Shown one piece after another: positions 48,946 to 60,739 of a stretch of 64,000 bases of DNA (positions are counted from its first letter, which is position 1; each line of letters begins with the position of its first letter). The stretch comes from Raja brachyura (lineage: Eukaryota), in NCBI GenBank assembly GCA_963514005.1, contig OY740804.1:19344001-19408000 (forward strand), in the 5' to 3' direction. The notes under the pieces were generated by a model. It saw nothing but the letters and a program-made list of their open reading frames with translations. It had not been told where the DNA came from and searched no databases. The position numbers and the translations under genes are program-made.

Positions 48946-50641
48946 CTGAGGAGACAAGAGAGGCAGTCAGCAGGAGAGCCCAGTGACTGGGGGAGGAATC
49001 GGACCTGGGAGAATCACACAGCACAGGAGCAGGCCATGCGGCCCATCGTCTGGCTCCCAGCTCTGTGAGAGACCCGGCCCACAGTTCCTACATCACACAG
49101 TGAGCCCACGGGGGGAACAGAGTGAAGACTCTCAGCACCCGGGGCCGAGGAAGGAAGTTGCAGCCGGCAGCCAGATATTGACGGACGGGTCAGGGGGGAA
49201 CAGACACGGCAAATGGGTCTGAAAAAGAAGGGGGATGGGGTGAGTTTGGAGAGAGTGAACATGGTGGAGGAACGGGGTAAATGGGAGGGTGTGAGTAGTA
49301 TGGGGGGGGGGGGGGGGGGGGGAGGAGCAGACCCCTGGAGTGCACTTACACAGATCCCTGAAGGAGGAAGTAAGGACAGGTGGGTGACTGAATACCACAC
49401 AAGCAACGACCAAAAGGTGAGAGCAACACGATCCAGGGAAAATTGGCAAATCGGATGCAAAATTATCTGGGTGATTGGAGGCAGAAGAAATTGGTAGAGG
49501 GTTGGTTTTGTTATTGGAACCCTGTGACCAGTCGTGTACTGCAGGGATTGTTGGGATTCTTACTCCCTGTGTACAATTAAAATGTTTAATTTGTAAATTT
49601 GCAGATGACACAAAAAAATCATTGGTGTCATTGGTAGGAGCATGGTCATAGACTGCAGAATGTACTATTTAGTCTTTGTTACGCTTGATCTAATTGTGTT
49701 GCCACTTTCAGGGAGTTGCGCATTTGGACCCCAAGTTCCCGCAGTATGTCAATGATGTTAAGGGTCTTGCAACGAACAATATACTTTTCCCTTACATTGG
49801 TCCTCCCAAATTGTAACACCTCACCCTTGCTTAGTTAGATCCAACCAGCTGCCATTTATCTGCTCATTTCTGTAGTTGATCTATATTCTGCTGTAATCTT
49901 TGACACCTTCCTCACTGTCTGCAACTCCACCAATATAAAATGTTATATATAATATTAAACACCCAACACAGATCCTTTTGGAACTCCATTGGTCCCAGAC
50001 CTCCAGCCAGAATATAACACACTTCTCCCACAACCTTCTGCCTTCAACGAGCGAGCCAGTTCTGAATCTGAATGACCAAGTCACTATGGATCCCATGAAT
50101 CTTAAATCAGGCCCTTCAGCCCAGTGCTACGAAACTACCTGGCTTCTCACCTCTCAATTCCAAACACCAACCATTTGCTGGTGAAAAGGCTCTTCATTTA
50201 TTGTGTATTCCCAACCTTGTTTTGACTCTCCAAACATCTCACCCCACACCTCAGGAGAAAACTTCATTTCCCTGCCCAGCTGACTGGATTCTCCTCCTCA
50301 GTTCTTCATTCTCCTCCTCATTGTCAATGACACTCAATTGTTGAACCTGCAAATTGACCCCTCTCTCTCTCTGTCTCTGTCTCTCTCTTTTTTCTCTCTC
50401 TCCCTCTCTTCATCTTCCCCCTCCTCCTCTCCCGTTTGCGTGTGTGAGAGGAACTGTCTCTGCTGTGCTGTGCCATTCTGTTATTAGACAGTTCACTTGG
50501 AGTTGGAGTTCATTGCTGTTATCCATCAGAGCTGATGATCTGAATGCCCAGAGCCCTGTAGAAGTCAGAAGCTGCTGTCAGGGTGCAATGACCTGGTTCT
50601 GATTGGGAAGGTGTTTGGTCAAACATTGCATCAAATAGTGG

Positions 50642-50653
50642 CAGGAAGTGGTT
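50642..50653 (+). promoter_or_regulatory. ETS-RUNX-like composite motif in intron 1 of gene B
   Basis: CAGGAAGTGGTT: an ETS core GGAAGT overlapping RUNX-like GTGGTT, in apparently non-TE sequence. Confidence 0.3.
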
Positions 50654-51416
50654 CAGGCACAGAACACTTTGCTGAACAAGAAGTATGTAAAGCGAAAAAT
50701 AGAGCTGGACTGTGGATGTAAAACGAGAGTTGTGGAGTGGGAGGTTGTTGAAGGGAGAGAGGGAGGGAGAGAGATAGCGAGGCACAAATGGCAATATTGT
50801 AGCAGCACCATACGTGGCGAATAAAGAGGAGACATCAGGTTGGTGCAACTGGTTCTTTATTCTGTTGTCACACATATAGTGGGTGCGCTAACTATATGTA
50901 GAGTTGTTGTAGCTGAGCGAGGTTGTGCCCTCGGGCTCAGCTACCGGTAGAAACTCCTGATGGATCTCGTGGTGAGAGAGCTTATGTACCAGGACACTCC
51001 CTCTGCCCATGACGTCGTGTGCCCGCCCTCTCCTGACGAGGGTTCGAGCTTAAGTGGCTGACGCCACAATATGATATTAACTACAGAGAGAGGTTTGTAG
51101 AGATGTCAGGAACCAGCAGAAAGTGACAGAGCTGGAGAAAGAGGCACAGAAATAGGGACAGTGAGAGAAGGAGTGTTTGGATAGAGAGATAAAGAAAGAT
51201 AACATCAGCAGAATGGAAGAGGGGCTGTGAATGACAGAGAGAGGGATGGAATGAGAGGCCAGTGTGTCCCACCTTTATGACAGTGTGGCAGCATTTGGGC
51301 TAGCATAAAGCCAGGAAATGACCACAATGGGTTGAATGGCCTTTATATGCACTGAAAACCTGCACAAGCCTCACACTCATCGATAACCAGAGTTGATCAT
51401 TAATATCTGTACTTAC

Positions 51417-51477
51417 CTACACAGACAGCAATGAGTGATGCACAGAGCAGGGAGGGCATCCTCCTCAAAGAAAACAT
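51417..51477 (-). CDS. Gene B (SLAM/CD2-family receptor, charged TM): leader exon
   Basis: aagATG (A at -3), then MFSLRRMPSLLCASLIAVCV and g|GTAAGT, a perfect phase-1 donor. Joined to the IgV exon it gives the signal peptide ...LLCASLIAVCVAGTGA. Confidence 0.85.
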
Positions 51478-51640
51478 CTTGAAGTGATGTTTCAGCACTG
51501 CGAGATTTATAATAAGAGTGAAAAGATCAGGAACTGACTCCTCCTCAGACCCGCCTGTGATAGGGTAATAGGCAGCATGTTCTGCATGTGACAGATGATA
51601 CATACAGAGCAGAAACACGTTGCACTGACCTCTTCCGTAC
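51478..51640 (-). promoter_or_regulatory. Putative proximal promoter/5'UTR of gene B
   Basis: Lies directly upstream of the leader ATG. TATAAAT on the minus strand at 51511-51505, ETS-like caggaac near 51528, GATA-like tgatag near 51558. Motif matches only. Confidence 0.35.
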
Positions 51641-51809
51641 CAACATTCTGACGTGTTTGCTTTCTCATTTTGTTTTAATTCGAATCTCTATCTCAGTCTC
51701 TATACATCAGTTGCTCTCTCAGTCTCATGGACCCTATTTTTTAACTCTCTACATGTGTGACTCTCTCTACATCGTTGCATGTATCACTCCATACACACAT
51801 CCACGCACA

Positions 51810-52359
51810 GTCCCTCTCCCTCTCCCTCTCCCCCTCCCCCTCCCCCCTCCTTTCTCTCCCCCTCCTTTCTCTCCCCCTCCTTTCTCTCCCCCTCCTTTCT
51901 CTCCCCCTCTTTCTCTCCCCCTCTTTCTCTCCCCCCCTTTCTCTCCTNNNNNNNNNNNNNNNNNNNNNNNNNNNNNNNNNNNNNNNNNNNNNNNNNNNNN
52001 NNNNNNNNNNNNNNNNNNNNNNNNNNNNNNNNNNNNNNNNNNNNNNNNNNNNNNNNNNNNNNNNNNNNNNNNNNNNNNNNNNNNNNNNNNNNNNTCCCCC
52101 TCCTTTCTCTCCCCCTCCTTTCTCTCCCCCTCCTTTCTCTCCCCCCCNNNNNNNNNNNNNNNNNNNNNNNNNNNNNNNNNNNNNNNNNNNNNNNNNNNNN
52201 NNNNNNNNNNNNNNNNNNNNNNNNNNNNNNNNNNNNNNNNNNNNNNNNNNNNNNNNNNNNNNNNNNNNNNNNNNNNNNNNNNNNNNNNNNNNNNNNNNNN
52301 NNNNNNNNNNNNNNNNNNNNNNNNNNNNNNNNNNNNNNNNNNNNNNNNNNNNNNNNNNN
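51810..52359. repeat. 15-nt pyrimidine minisatellite (ctccccctcctttct)n with two assembly gaps (N 51948-52094 and 52148-52359)
   Basis: Seen directly. Confidence 0.95.
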
Positions 52360-52409
52360 TTTTATTTGTCCTCATTTAGTCCCTGTCAGCTTTAGTTTAG
52401 TAGCATCAG

Positions 52410-54100
52410 TATGGGTGCAACTGTGAAGTAGCCAAGGGCTAAAAACGCTTGTTCGAGTTGTATAAAGACCACTAAACAGCAGTAGGGAGGTTGGGGATAG
52501 CATCAAACAGGAAATTAGAGATACATGCAGCAAAGCTACAGTGGTTATCATGGTGACTTTAATCTACATATAGATTGAGCCAACCAAATTGGTAAGAGTG
52601 CTGAGGAGGAGGATTTCCTGCAATGTAGATGGGATTGGTTTTACAAACAAAGATGTAGAGGAACCGACTGGAGAGCAGGCCAATGGGTATTGTGTATTAT
52701 GTAAGGATTAGTTAACGATCGTGTTGTGCAAGGCTGCTTGGGCAATAGTGACCACCATAATATGGTGGAATGCTGCATGAGGATGGCGAGTGACATGGAC
52801 AACTCAGAGACTAGAGTCCTGAACTTGAATAATGGAGATTTTGAAGGTATGAGGCGGGAATTGGCTAGGATAGACTGGCAAATTATACTTAAAGGGTTGA
52901 CAGTGGAGATGCAATGGCGAAGATTTAAAGACCACGTGGATGAACTCCGGAAATTGTTCATCCCTGTCTGGCGAAAAAATAAAACTGGGAAGGCGGCTCA
53001 ACCGTGGCTGATGAGGGAGGTGAAGGACAGCATTAAAGCCAAGGAAGAGGCATGTAAATTGGCCAGAAGAAGCGGAAAACAAGAGGACTGGGAGAAATTT
53101 AGAACAAATCAGAGGAGGACAAAGGGGTTAATTAAGAGGGGGGAAATGAGCATGAAAGAAAGCTTGCGGGAAATATAAAAACTGACTGCAAGAGTTTCTA
53201 TAGGTTTGTAAAAAGGTAAAGATTAGTGGAGATGAATGGACACAAACAATCTCCCGGAAGTACAAGGGGACTGAGGATCTACTTGTAGGGAACTGAAGGG
53301 AATTCACATGAGTCAGAAAATGGTGTTAGGTAAACTCTTGGGACTGAAGGCAGATACATTCCCAGGGCCTGATGGTCTGGATCCCAGAGTACTCAAGGAG
53401 GTGACCCAATAAATCGTGGATGCATTGGTGATCATTTTCCGATGTTCTCTTGGCTCTGGATCAGTTCCTGTGGACTGGAGGGTAGCCAATTTTAAGAATG
53501 GAGGGAGCGAGAAAAGGGGGAATTATAGACCAGTTAGCCTTACATACAATACGGTTTTATTTGTCACATTGCACATAAAGTGCAAGTGAAATGAATTTGC
53601 CAGCAGTGGTACAATTATAAATAACACACAAAAACACACTACAAATTTAACACAAACATCCACCACAGCATTCATCACTGTGGTGGAAGGCGCAACATTT
53701 GGCCAGTCCTCCTCCATTTTCCCCCGTGGGGGAAAGGGGATCTTATAGAAACATATAAAACTCTTAGAGGATTGGACAGGGTAGATGCAGGAAAAATGTT
53801 TCCGATGAGTCCAGAACCAGGGGTGACAGTTTAAGACCATTTAGGACTGAGATGAGGAAAACCTTTTTCACCCAGGGAGTTGTGAATCTGTGGAAATCTC
53901 TGCCATAGAAAGCAGTGGAGGCCAATTCACTGGATGTTTTCAAGAGTGAGTTAGATTTAGTCTTATGGCTAAGGGAATCATGGGATTATGGGGTAAAAGC
54001 CAGAATGGGGTGCTGATTTTGGATGATCAGCTATGATCATATTGAATGGCTGTGCTGGCTCAAAGGGCCGAATGGCTTACTCCTGCACCTATTTTCTGTG
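52410..54100 (+). mobile_element. Degraded CR1 (endonuclease to 3' end, internally deleted)
   Basis: LGNSDHHNMVE, PWLMREVKDSIK, PGPDGLDPRVLKE and NYRPVSLT, with a CR1 3'UTR at 53740-54100. Confidence 0.85.
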
Positions 54101-54989
54101 TTGCTTTGGTTCTCTCTCACTTAATCTCTCTGCCAACATCACTCGTACTTTAATTTAGCCGGTCTGTCTGTTCCAATATATGTCTCCATCCATCCCTCTT
54201 ATTCTCACTTTCAGTTGCTCTGGATCTCTCTCTATGTGTCTCACCCTGTCAGTCTACACCCTTCTTTCTCAGCATCTTCCTCTCTCAATCTCTTTCTATA
54301 TCACTCTCACAGTTTTAACCTGAGTTTGCCTCTCTCTCTCCCATCTCCTTTCTTAATTTCTCTGGACCTCTCTTCTACGTCAGTTTCTCTGCTCTTCCCT
54401 CTTAATGTTGGTACATCCTCCCTTACAATCTATGTAATTGTCTCAAATATTTTTGTGTCTCACTCTCAATATTAATGCATCTCCTCTATCTCTCTGCATC
54501 TCTCTTCCTCTATCTTTGCGTTTCTCTCTATCTCTCTGTGACTCATTCCCTCAATCTCTCTGTGTTGCACTGACTCTCTGTCTCCTTGTCTACATGCAGT
54601 TGGTACAGGCTGGAGGGGCCAAGCAGTGTCCTTCTGTGCTGCAACCATCCTGTATCCATCTGTGACAGATCTGAGGTCAATGTCCAGCCTTGCACCAGAA
54701 TGGTGCATTGTGTGGATCCCAGCTGGAGATGCCCAGTTCAGACTGATGACTGGGTGATGTTACATGCAGATTTGATGAACCCAATATACTCTGGGTTACT
54801 GTGATTTCCTGTCATGTCCACAGGGAACCGAGCACTGCACAAACCACTCTTCAGAGCCTGCATAGTTTCTGTTCCACTTGTTCAACACATTCCGGACCAG
54901 ATTTTCAAAGGCAGGCACTGGATTGGTTGAGTAAATCAATTTCAGTGGGAGAGCGAAGGGAGGTTTCAAAACGTTAGAGCTGTTGTGGT

Positions 54990-55630
54990 AGGTAACTCGT
55001 TAGTTACGAGGGGGACACAGGAGAATTTGTGGCAGCAATCGAGACTCCCAGATGGTGTGAGGCCTCCCTGGTGCCAGAGCCCAAGATGTCTCTGAGCGGT
55101 TGCGTGGCATTGTCAAGGGGGAGGGGGAGCAGCCAGAAGTTGTGTGCCTGTTGGCACAAATTACATAGGCAGAAAAAGGGATGAAGTCCTGCAAAATGAA
55201 TATAGGGAGTTAAGCAAAAGGGCAAAAAGCTGGTAAGGTAGTGATCTCCCGATTACACCTAATGGCACATGCTGGGGGTAGGTTTGCTTTATTGTTTAAA
55301 GAGAATGTCACAACAGCAGTCCAGATGATGTTACTGGTAGTTCGCCCAGTGAGGCTATAAGGGCGGAGCTGAGAAGTAAAATAATTAAAATAGGGAAATT
55401 TGAGAGTTTGTTGGGAGTTTATTTTAGGCCCCCAAAGGAAATTAGAAGAACAAACTTGATGGCTAATTTCCAGGCAGCTGCAAGGCTAATAAGATTGTCA
55501 TAGTCGGGAATTTTAACTTTCCCAACATAGACAAGGAATGTCATAGTGCTAAGGGAATTTGTTAAATGTGTCCAGGAAAGTTTCCTTGGGCAATATATAG
55601 AGGGCTCTACAAGGGAGAGGGCAACGTTTG
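54990..55630 (+). mobile_element. CR1 ORF1 (esterase-like) / ORF2 start remnant
   Basis: LPGARAQDVSERLRGIVKGEGEQPEVV resembles the CR1 ORF1 SGNH-type domain; followed by an IVGNFNFP endonuclease remnant. Confidence 0.7.
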
Positions 55631-56739
55631 AAATGCATAACGCATGGTAAGTGTATTCCTTCGTTTTTATATGAGGTTGATATTAGTAGCGTTACGATTG
55701 TTTGATGGAGGATTGGGATAAATGTAAGACAGGACATGCGTGTTTAGCATTTGTTTGAGTCCTGAATCAATCATCTGTAGTTTATTTTACTTAGTAGATC
55801 TTTACATACTTGGTTGCTTAGTACTGGCATCATAGTTGGTAAGTATGTATTGAGGGAAAGGGATCTGTTGCATCTTCCTGAGGTGTCATGGGCTTAACTC
55901 AATGAAGCACTAGTGAAGGGAGGTGCCCACTTGATAACCTCAATGATATACTGGCATCTACACGTCTAGTTTTACTTGTTCTGTAGTTCAACAGAATAAA
56001 GATGTGTTAGTTTCTTATGTGGCATTGGGATTAGGTTTCTTGGTTAAACACTTAGCTTATGTTTGTTGTCAACATGTAGAAAGCTTATTACTAAATATGA
56101 AGTTAGTTATTGTCCTCAAGCATAAGTGTGTATAGGTAGTTGAGATACTACTTTGGCATTGGGCTTGGTTTTCTTGGTTGGGCACTTATCCTGGTATTAT
56201 AGCACGTACTTTGTGTTTTAAAGTAATTAAGATCTCACCCATAAGTTCATAAGTTACAGGAGCAGAATGAGGCCATTTGACCCATCAAGCCTACTCTGCC
56301 ATGCAATCATGGCTGATCTATCTTTCCATCTCTACTCCATTCTCCTGCCTAAGAACAATGCAGATCAGAAAACGATTCATAGCATTGTAGAAAAGAGGAA
56401 GTGCACACAATGAGTCAGTGCATGTTCCTGGTAGAACATCTGATCAGGCACATCCTTGCAGGTTATTCTTGTGTCTGATCGCGTCCCTTTCTGAGGACAT
56501 TAATTTTATCCCTAAATGGTCCTGAGTTCCAGATCTTGGTAGCTGTCTGAGCAAATGTTTTAGAACTGAAGAGACAAACAGACTGCCGGCGGTGCTGCCA
56601 TTGTACGGTGCCCCTGGTTGTATTATGTTTCAGTCTTATGGTACATTGATCAGATATATCTGGAGTAAAATATTGATGTAATTTAAGAAATGATGTAACA
56701 GCACTGGAAGCAGCTCAGGGAAGGTTTACCGATCTGAGA

Positions 56740-57105
56740 TTCAAGATTCAAGAGAGTTTATTGTCATGTGTCCCTGATAGGACAATTAAATTCTTGCTTT
56801 GCTTCAGCACAACAGAACATAGTAGGCATCGACTACAAAACAGATCGGTGTGTCCATATACCATTATATAAATATATACACACATGACTAAATAAACTGA
56901 TCAAGTGCAAATAACAGATAAAGGGCTATTAATGTTCAGAGTTTTGTCTGAGCCAAGTTTAATAGCCTGATGGCTGTGGGGAAGTAGCTATGCCTGAACC
57001 TGGTCATTGCAGTCTTCAGGCTCCTGTACCTTTTACCTGAAGGTAGCGGGGAGATGAGTCTGTGGCTAGGATAGTGTGGGTCCTTGATGATACTGCCAGC
57101 CTTAT
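56740..57105 (-). mobile_element. Rex1-like 3' end
   Basis: IIKDPHYPSHRLISPLPSGKRYRSLKTAMTRFRHSYFPTAIRLLN plus a (tcttgaa) tail. Confidence 0.75.
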
Positions 57106-58024
57106 ACAGCCTCCAGCGAACGGACATAAAATTGTGTAGTACAGGCTTACTCTGTGTAACACATTCCGCCCCAGGTCTCAAATGTAAAAGGTGAAAGACT
57201 CCCGCATGAAGAGACTGTTTCCTCACCAATAGATTGCAGAATAGACTACCATGGCATGTTTGAATGGTAGATGACTGCAAGAGAGTGCAGTACAGACAGG
57301 AAACTGTGTGATATAGAACAGCACAACCAGTGCTTTGAGAGTATTTTATGAGATGGTGTGGCAGGAACTACTCTATGCCTTACCTGTGTCGTGGCAGTAT
57401 GTGATGGGACACTACAGGGGATAATTCCTCATCTACATACCTCTGCTCCAATGTTGGCCAATGTGAACAGGGCCATATTAACAATATCTCAGCAGAAAGA
57501 GAGCAGAGCTGGAACTAAAGGCTGACATGAGCTGTATTTTAGCTTGTCTCCTGCTTGCTCCAATCTGCTCCCTTCCTTTATACCATCCTTCCTCCAGACC
57601 TTCCTCCCCAACATGCTTTCTTCCCACTGATCCCATGAAATTTCCCTGGTTCAGATCCTAGTTTCCCAATTCTGAGGCGACTTTGGCCACTTTCTAATAC
57701 TCTTGGAAAGTCTCCAGTGAGCCAGCGGACACTGCATGCACCACAACACATGCACACAAATGTATGCTTGGAAGTGGGACAGGCAGTCGGGTCGAGTGGA
57801 TGTAAAGTATTCAGTACATGGAAATAGGATAATGTTGCAATCATACAAATTGTTTGAAAGAAGGACAGGGATGGCAGCTCAATGTTTCAGGTAAAGATGC
57901 TTCAGGAGTGATAGGTAGAAAGGTAAAAGAGGATGGGAAATTGAAATAATGCAGTACATAGGAATGATTTAGGATGGCTCTTCCAATGTGGCCACATGGG
58001 TAGAACTTAGAAATAAGGACATAG

Positions 58025-58806
58025 CTGCCAGTGTTGTGACCGGGTAGCGCCATCAGCAATGGCAGCCACGCTAACCATCTGTCTGGCTTTTCGTCTTTTT
58101 TGTTATTTTTAGTGTGTTTTAAAAGTATATGTTAATGTTCTCTGGCTTGTTTTATGTGGGGGGCGGATGGGCCGGGGGGAACATTTTTTTTCAATCTCTT
58201 ACCTTGCCGGAGATGCTATTGTCTTCTGGATCGTATCTCTGGTTGCTCTGCGGCCTAACATCATGGAGCTGGTGGCCTTGCTCGAGACTGACTTTGAGCC
58301 CCAACGCGCTGCCGTGGACTTACCATCGGAGCCTGCGATCCCTTGTGTGGGATCAACGCTCCAACCGCGGCCTGTGGACTTCGAGGAGCTCGCAGTCTTG
58401 GGAAGGAACTGACGTCGGGAAGCTCCAAAGTCCAAGGAGGTTCGACTAGCCCCGACCCGGGGTCTGATCACCCGGTGCGGGGGAGCTGAGACCCCCCCCC
58501 CCCCCCGATGTGGGAGCTTCATCGCCCCAATGCGGAGGGCTCGACCACTGTTGTGGGAGCCAAGATCATCCCGACAAAGGAAAGCTTGAGGCCCCAACCA
58601 CGGGAGGACAAAGAAGAAAAGAGATTGAAGTTTCTTTTCGCCTTCCATCACAGTGAGAAATGTGGAGGAGTCACTGTGGTGGATGTTTATGTTAAAATGT
58701 ATTTTGTGTGTTTTGTTGCGTTTTATTGGTATGACTGTATGGCAAATCAAATTCCTCGTATGTTGCAAAACATAATTGGCTAATAAAGTATGATTCTGAT
58801 TCTGAA
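58025..58806 (+). mobile_element. Non-autonomous interspersed repeat with (gattct)n tail
   Basis: Shares 5' and 3' parts with 42025-42425 and the 3' part with 44340-44500 (catcacagtgag...tcactgtggtggatgtt). Confidence 0.65.
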
Positions 58807-59904
58807 TATGATATTACAGGACTCCGTACAGTCAGCTGGAGATAGACAAGCAGATAAAAGGACAAATATTGAACAAATCATGGGTGTGTAAAATTTTATA
58901 GTTGTGGATTTTAACTTCCCCAATAATGACTGGGATTACCAGAATGAGAAGAATTTCAACAGGATTGTTTTTAGCACCACAAAGTCGCATATCCTACGAT
59001 AGAAGAGATTCCACTGGAATTAATGCTGGGCAATTTTAATAAGAGTGGTCATACTTATTCAAGTTCCAAGCTGGTTATGCAGAACGATAAGAATGGTCTG
59101 CATGTTTGACTCTTAAATTGGGCGAGGTTGATTTAAATAATTTAAGGTAGGATCTGGTAAAGGTAGCTTGGACCAGTAGCTTTCAGGTAAAATAACATCT
59201 AATAAGTGGGAGGCTTTTTAAAGGGAAGTAGTGAGGGTTCATGACTACCATGTTTTGATGAAGGTGAAAGATCAGGATAGCATGATTAGTGAATCCTGGG
59301 TGACAAATGTTGTGGATGCAGAGGAGTTGATGATGAAGAAAAAGAGGCATATGACAGTATAGGCAACTGAAAGTAACAGGGTCCAGTCATGGCCGGATTT
59401 AGATGAAGAGAGGCCCTAAGCTGTTCCACTTGTGAGAACCCTCCCAATCCCCCACCCCCACGACTAGAGGCAGGTGGTCCACCAGATTGACACTGATTTG
59501 CAGCCGAGCGTGGCCAATGAGATAAGGGGCTGGAAAGCTGCGCTTTTTAAATGTTATTTATTTATTGCCAGTGCTAGTGTCGAGTTATTGGCTTAAAACA
59601 CTATTATTCTGAAATGGAGGGCAAGGAAAATTAATGAAGGGTTGTTCAGAGACTACAGTGCGATGCGACAGCATATGTAAGAAAGGCCTATGACTGTCAA
59701 AAATATTATACATCTTGCCGGGCTCTCACTTAATTAAGAGCGAGCCCAGCTTAAATTAAGAGCCCGACTTAAATTAATTTAATTAAGAGAGAACCCTAAA
59801 TACCATAATAGTGTCATTTCCGATCACTCTCCACTAACCTTCTCCTTACAACTAGAAGGAATGTTCAATAAAAAATCATTTTGGAGGTTCAATCCTCAAA
59901 TATT

Positions 59905-60738
59905 GCTTACTTTCAATGACTGGTGTACCATGACACCCAGGTCTCATTGCATCTCCCCTTTTCCTAATCGGCCACCATTCAGATAATAGTCTACCCTCCT
60001 GTTTTGCCACCAAAGTGGATAACCTCACATCTATCCACATTATACTGCAACTGCCATGCATTTCCCCACTCACACAGCCTATCCAAGTCATCTTGCAGCC
60101 TCCTATGATCCTCCTCACACCTAACACTGCCCCCAGCTTTGTGATATCCGCAAACTTGGAGATGTTGCATTCAATTCCCTCGTCCAAATCATTAATATAT
60201 ATTGTAAATAGCTGGGGTCGCAGCACTGAGCCTTGCGGTACCCCACTAGTCACTGCCTGCCATTCTGAAAAGGACCCGTTTACTCCTACCCTTTGCTTCC
60301 TGTCTGCCAGCCAGTTCTCTATCCACATCAATACTGAACCCTCAATACCGTGTGCTTTAAGTTTGTATTAGTAAACTATGTGGGACCTTGTCGAAAGCCT
60401 TCTGAAAGTCCAGATATAACACATCCACTGGTTCGCCCTTATCCACTCTACTAACATCCTCGAAAAAGTCTATAAGATTCGTCAGACATGATTTACCTTT
60501 CATAAATCCATGCTGACTTTGTCCAATGATTTCATCACTTTCCAAATGTGCTGCTATCCCATCTTTAATAACTGACTCTTGCAGTTTCCCCACTACCGAT
60601 GTTATACTAACTGGTCTATAATTCCCCGTTTTCTCTCTCCCTCCTTTTTTAAAAAGTGGGGTTACATTAGCTACCCTCCAATCCTCAAGAACTACTCCAG
60701 AATCTAAAGAGTTTTGAAAAATTATCACTAATGCATCA
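59905..60738 (-). mobile_element. CR1 RT fragment
   Basis: WRVANVTPLFKKG, YLDFQKAFDKVPH and GVPQGSVL. Confidence 0.9.
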
Positions 60739-60739
60739 C

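Noticed and set aside
1224-51477. Assigning specific symbols (SLAMF1, CD84, CD48, SLAMF8/9)
   Set aside because: Family membership is clear from architecture, but one-to-one orthology cannot be judged without a phylogeny.
51588-52426. 200-260-aa ORFs
   Set aside because: Artefacts of the CT minisatellite and N gaps.
55640-56240. Mitochondrial insertion (NUMT) or endogenous viral element suggested by strand skew
   Set aside because: I could not recognise any mitochondrial or viral gene, rRNA or tRNA; internal periodicity favours a degenerate repeat. A BLAST search is needed to exclude it fully.
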